Assembly (NCBI GenBank): GCA_035462675.1
Contig: DATHTZ010000792.1
Span: 1 to 25,451, forward strand
Direction of reading: 5' to 3'
Length of the DNA: 25,451 nt
Source: Nitrospiraceae bacterium
GTDB taxonomy: Bacteria; Nitrospirota; Nitrospiria; Nitrospirales; Nitrospiraceae
Shown here piece after piece: positions 25,191 to 25,451 of this stretch (positions are counted from its first letter, which is position 1; each line of letters opens with the position of its first letter). Position numbers and translations under genes: made by a program. The notes under the pieces were generated by a model. That model saw only the letters and a program-made list of their open reading frames with translations. It was not told the origin of the DNA and did no database searches.

Positions 25191-25451
25191 ATGGCTACCC
25201 CTCACGTCCTTCAGGCGGCACTGCAATCGGCCGTTGACAGCGGTGTGTTTCCCGGCGCTCAATTGGCCGTGCGTCTGCACGGCAATCTGCAATGTGTGGT
25301 TGTCGTCGGGCGATTGTCGTCAGAGCCGCCGGGCCTTCCCGTACACACCACAACGATCTATGACCTCGCCTCTCTCACGAAGCCACTGGCGACTGTGACA
25401 TCCGTATTGCTCCTGATTCAGCACGCCAAGGTTGCTCTTGAGGATCCTGTG
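25191..25451 (+). CDS. Serine hydrolase, beta-lactamase/AmpC-like family (3'-truncated; not in the ORF track)
   Basis: My translation: MATPHVLQAALQSAVDSGVFPGAQLAVRLHG...TTTIYDLASLTKPLAT...LEDPV, showing the PGA.LAV strand and the catalytic SxxK motif (DLASLTK). An alternative GTG start lies at 25173. Confidence 0.85.
   Translation, partial: MATPHVLQAALQSAVDSGVFPGAQLAVRLHGNLQCVVVVGRLSSEPPGLPVHTTTIYDLASLTKPLATVTSVLLLIQHAKVALEDPV

Overview
Mostly housekeeping DNA, dominated by a + strand division/cell-wall (dcw) cluster: rsmH-ftsL-ftsI-murE-murF-mraY-murD-ftsW-murG-murC-murB-ddl-ftsQ-ftsA-ftsZ-pgeF-(yggS pseudogene)-proC-yggT-divIVA, followed by the 5' part of a serine-hydrolase/beta-lactamase-family gene. 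To the left are the 3' part of cstA, yajQ, an Asp-box (BNR) beta-propeller lipoprotein, and a convergent, apparently secreted unknown protein with two back-to-back Gly/Ser repeat arrays. The MurE DNPR motif (meso-DAP) and the gene order suggest a diderm bacterium, probably Nitrospira-like; this is inference, not a database result. I found no tRNA, rRNA, CRISPR array, transposase or integrase, and nothing I can firmly call a new multi-gene system. Best leads: (1) mraZ is missing from the head of the operon, yet a promoter with MraZ-type AGTGGG boxes at 10-bp spacing remains, and a second box pair with the same spacing lies inside rsmH, where it coincides with a Gly-to-Ser change in the SAM-binding motif; (2) a decayed yggS pseudogene missed by the ORF track, containing a candidate promoter; (3) the unknown repeat protein (7x10 aa plus 6x9 aa); (4) two long intergenic palindromes flanking yajQ; (5) a Cys-Cys tail on CstA resembling the end of the absent YbdD/YjiX partner. 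Several start codons were moved downstream of the ORF-track starts, based on family N-termini and start/stop overlaps.
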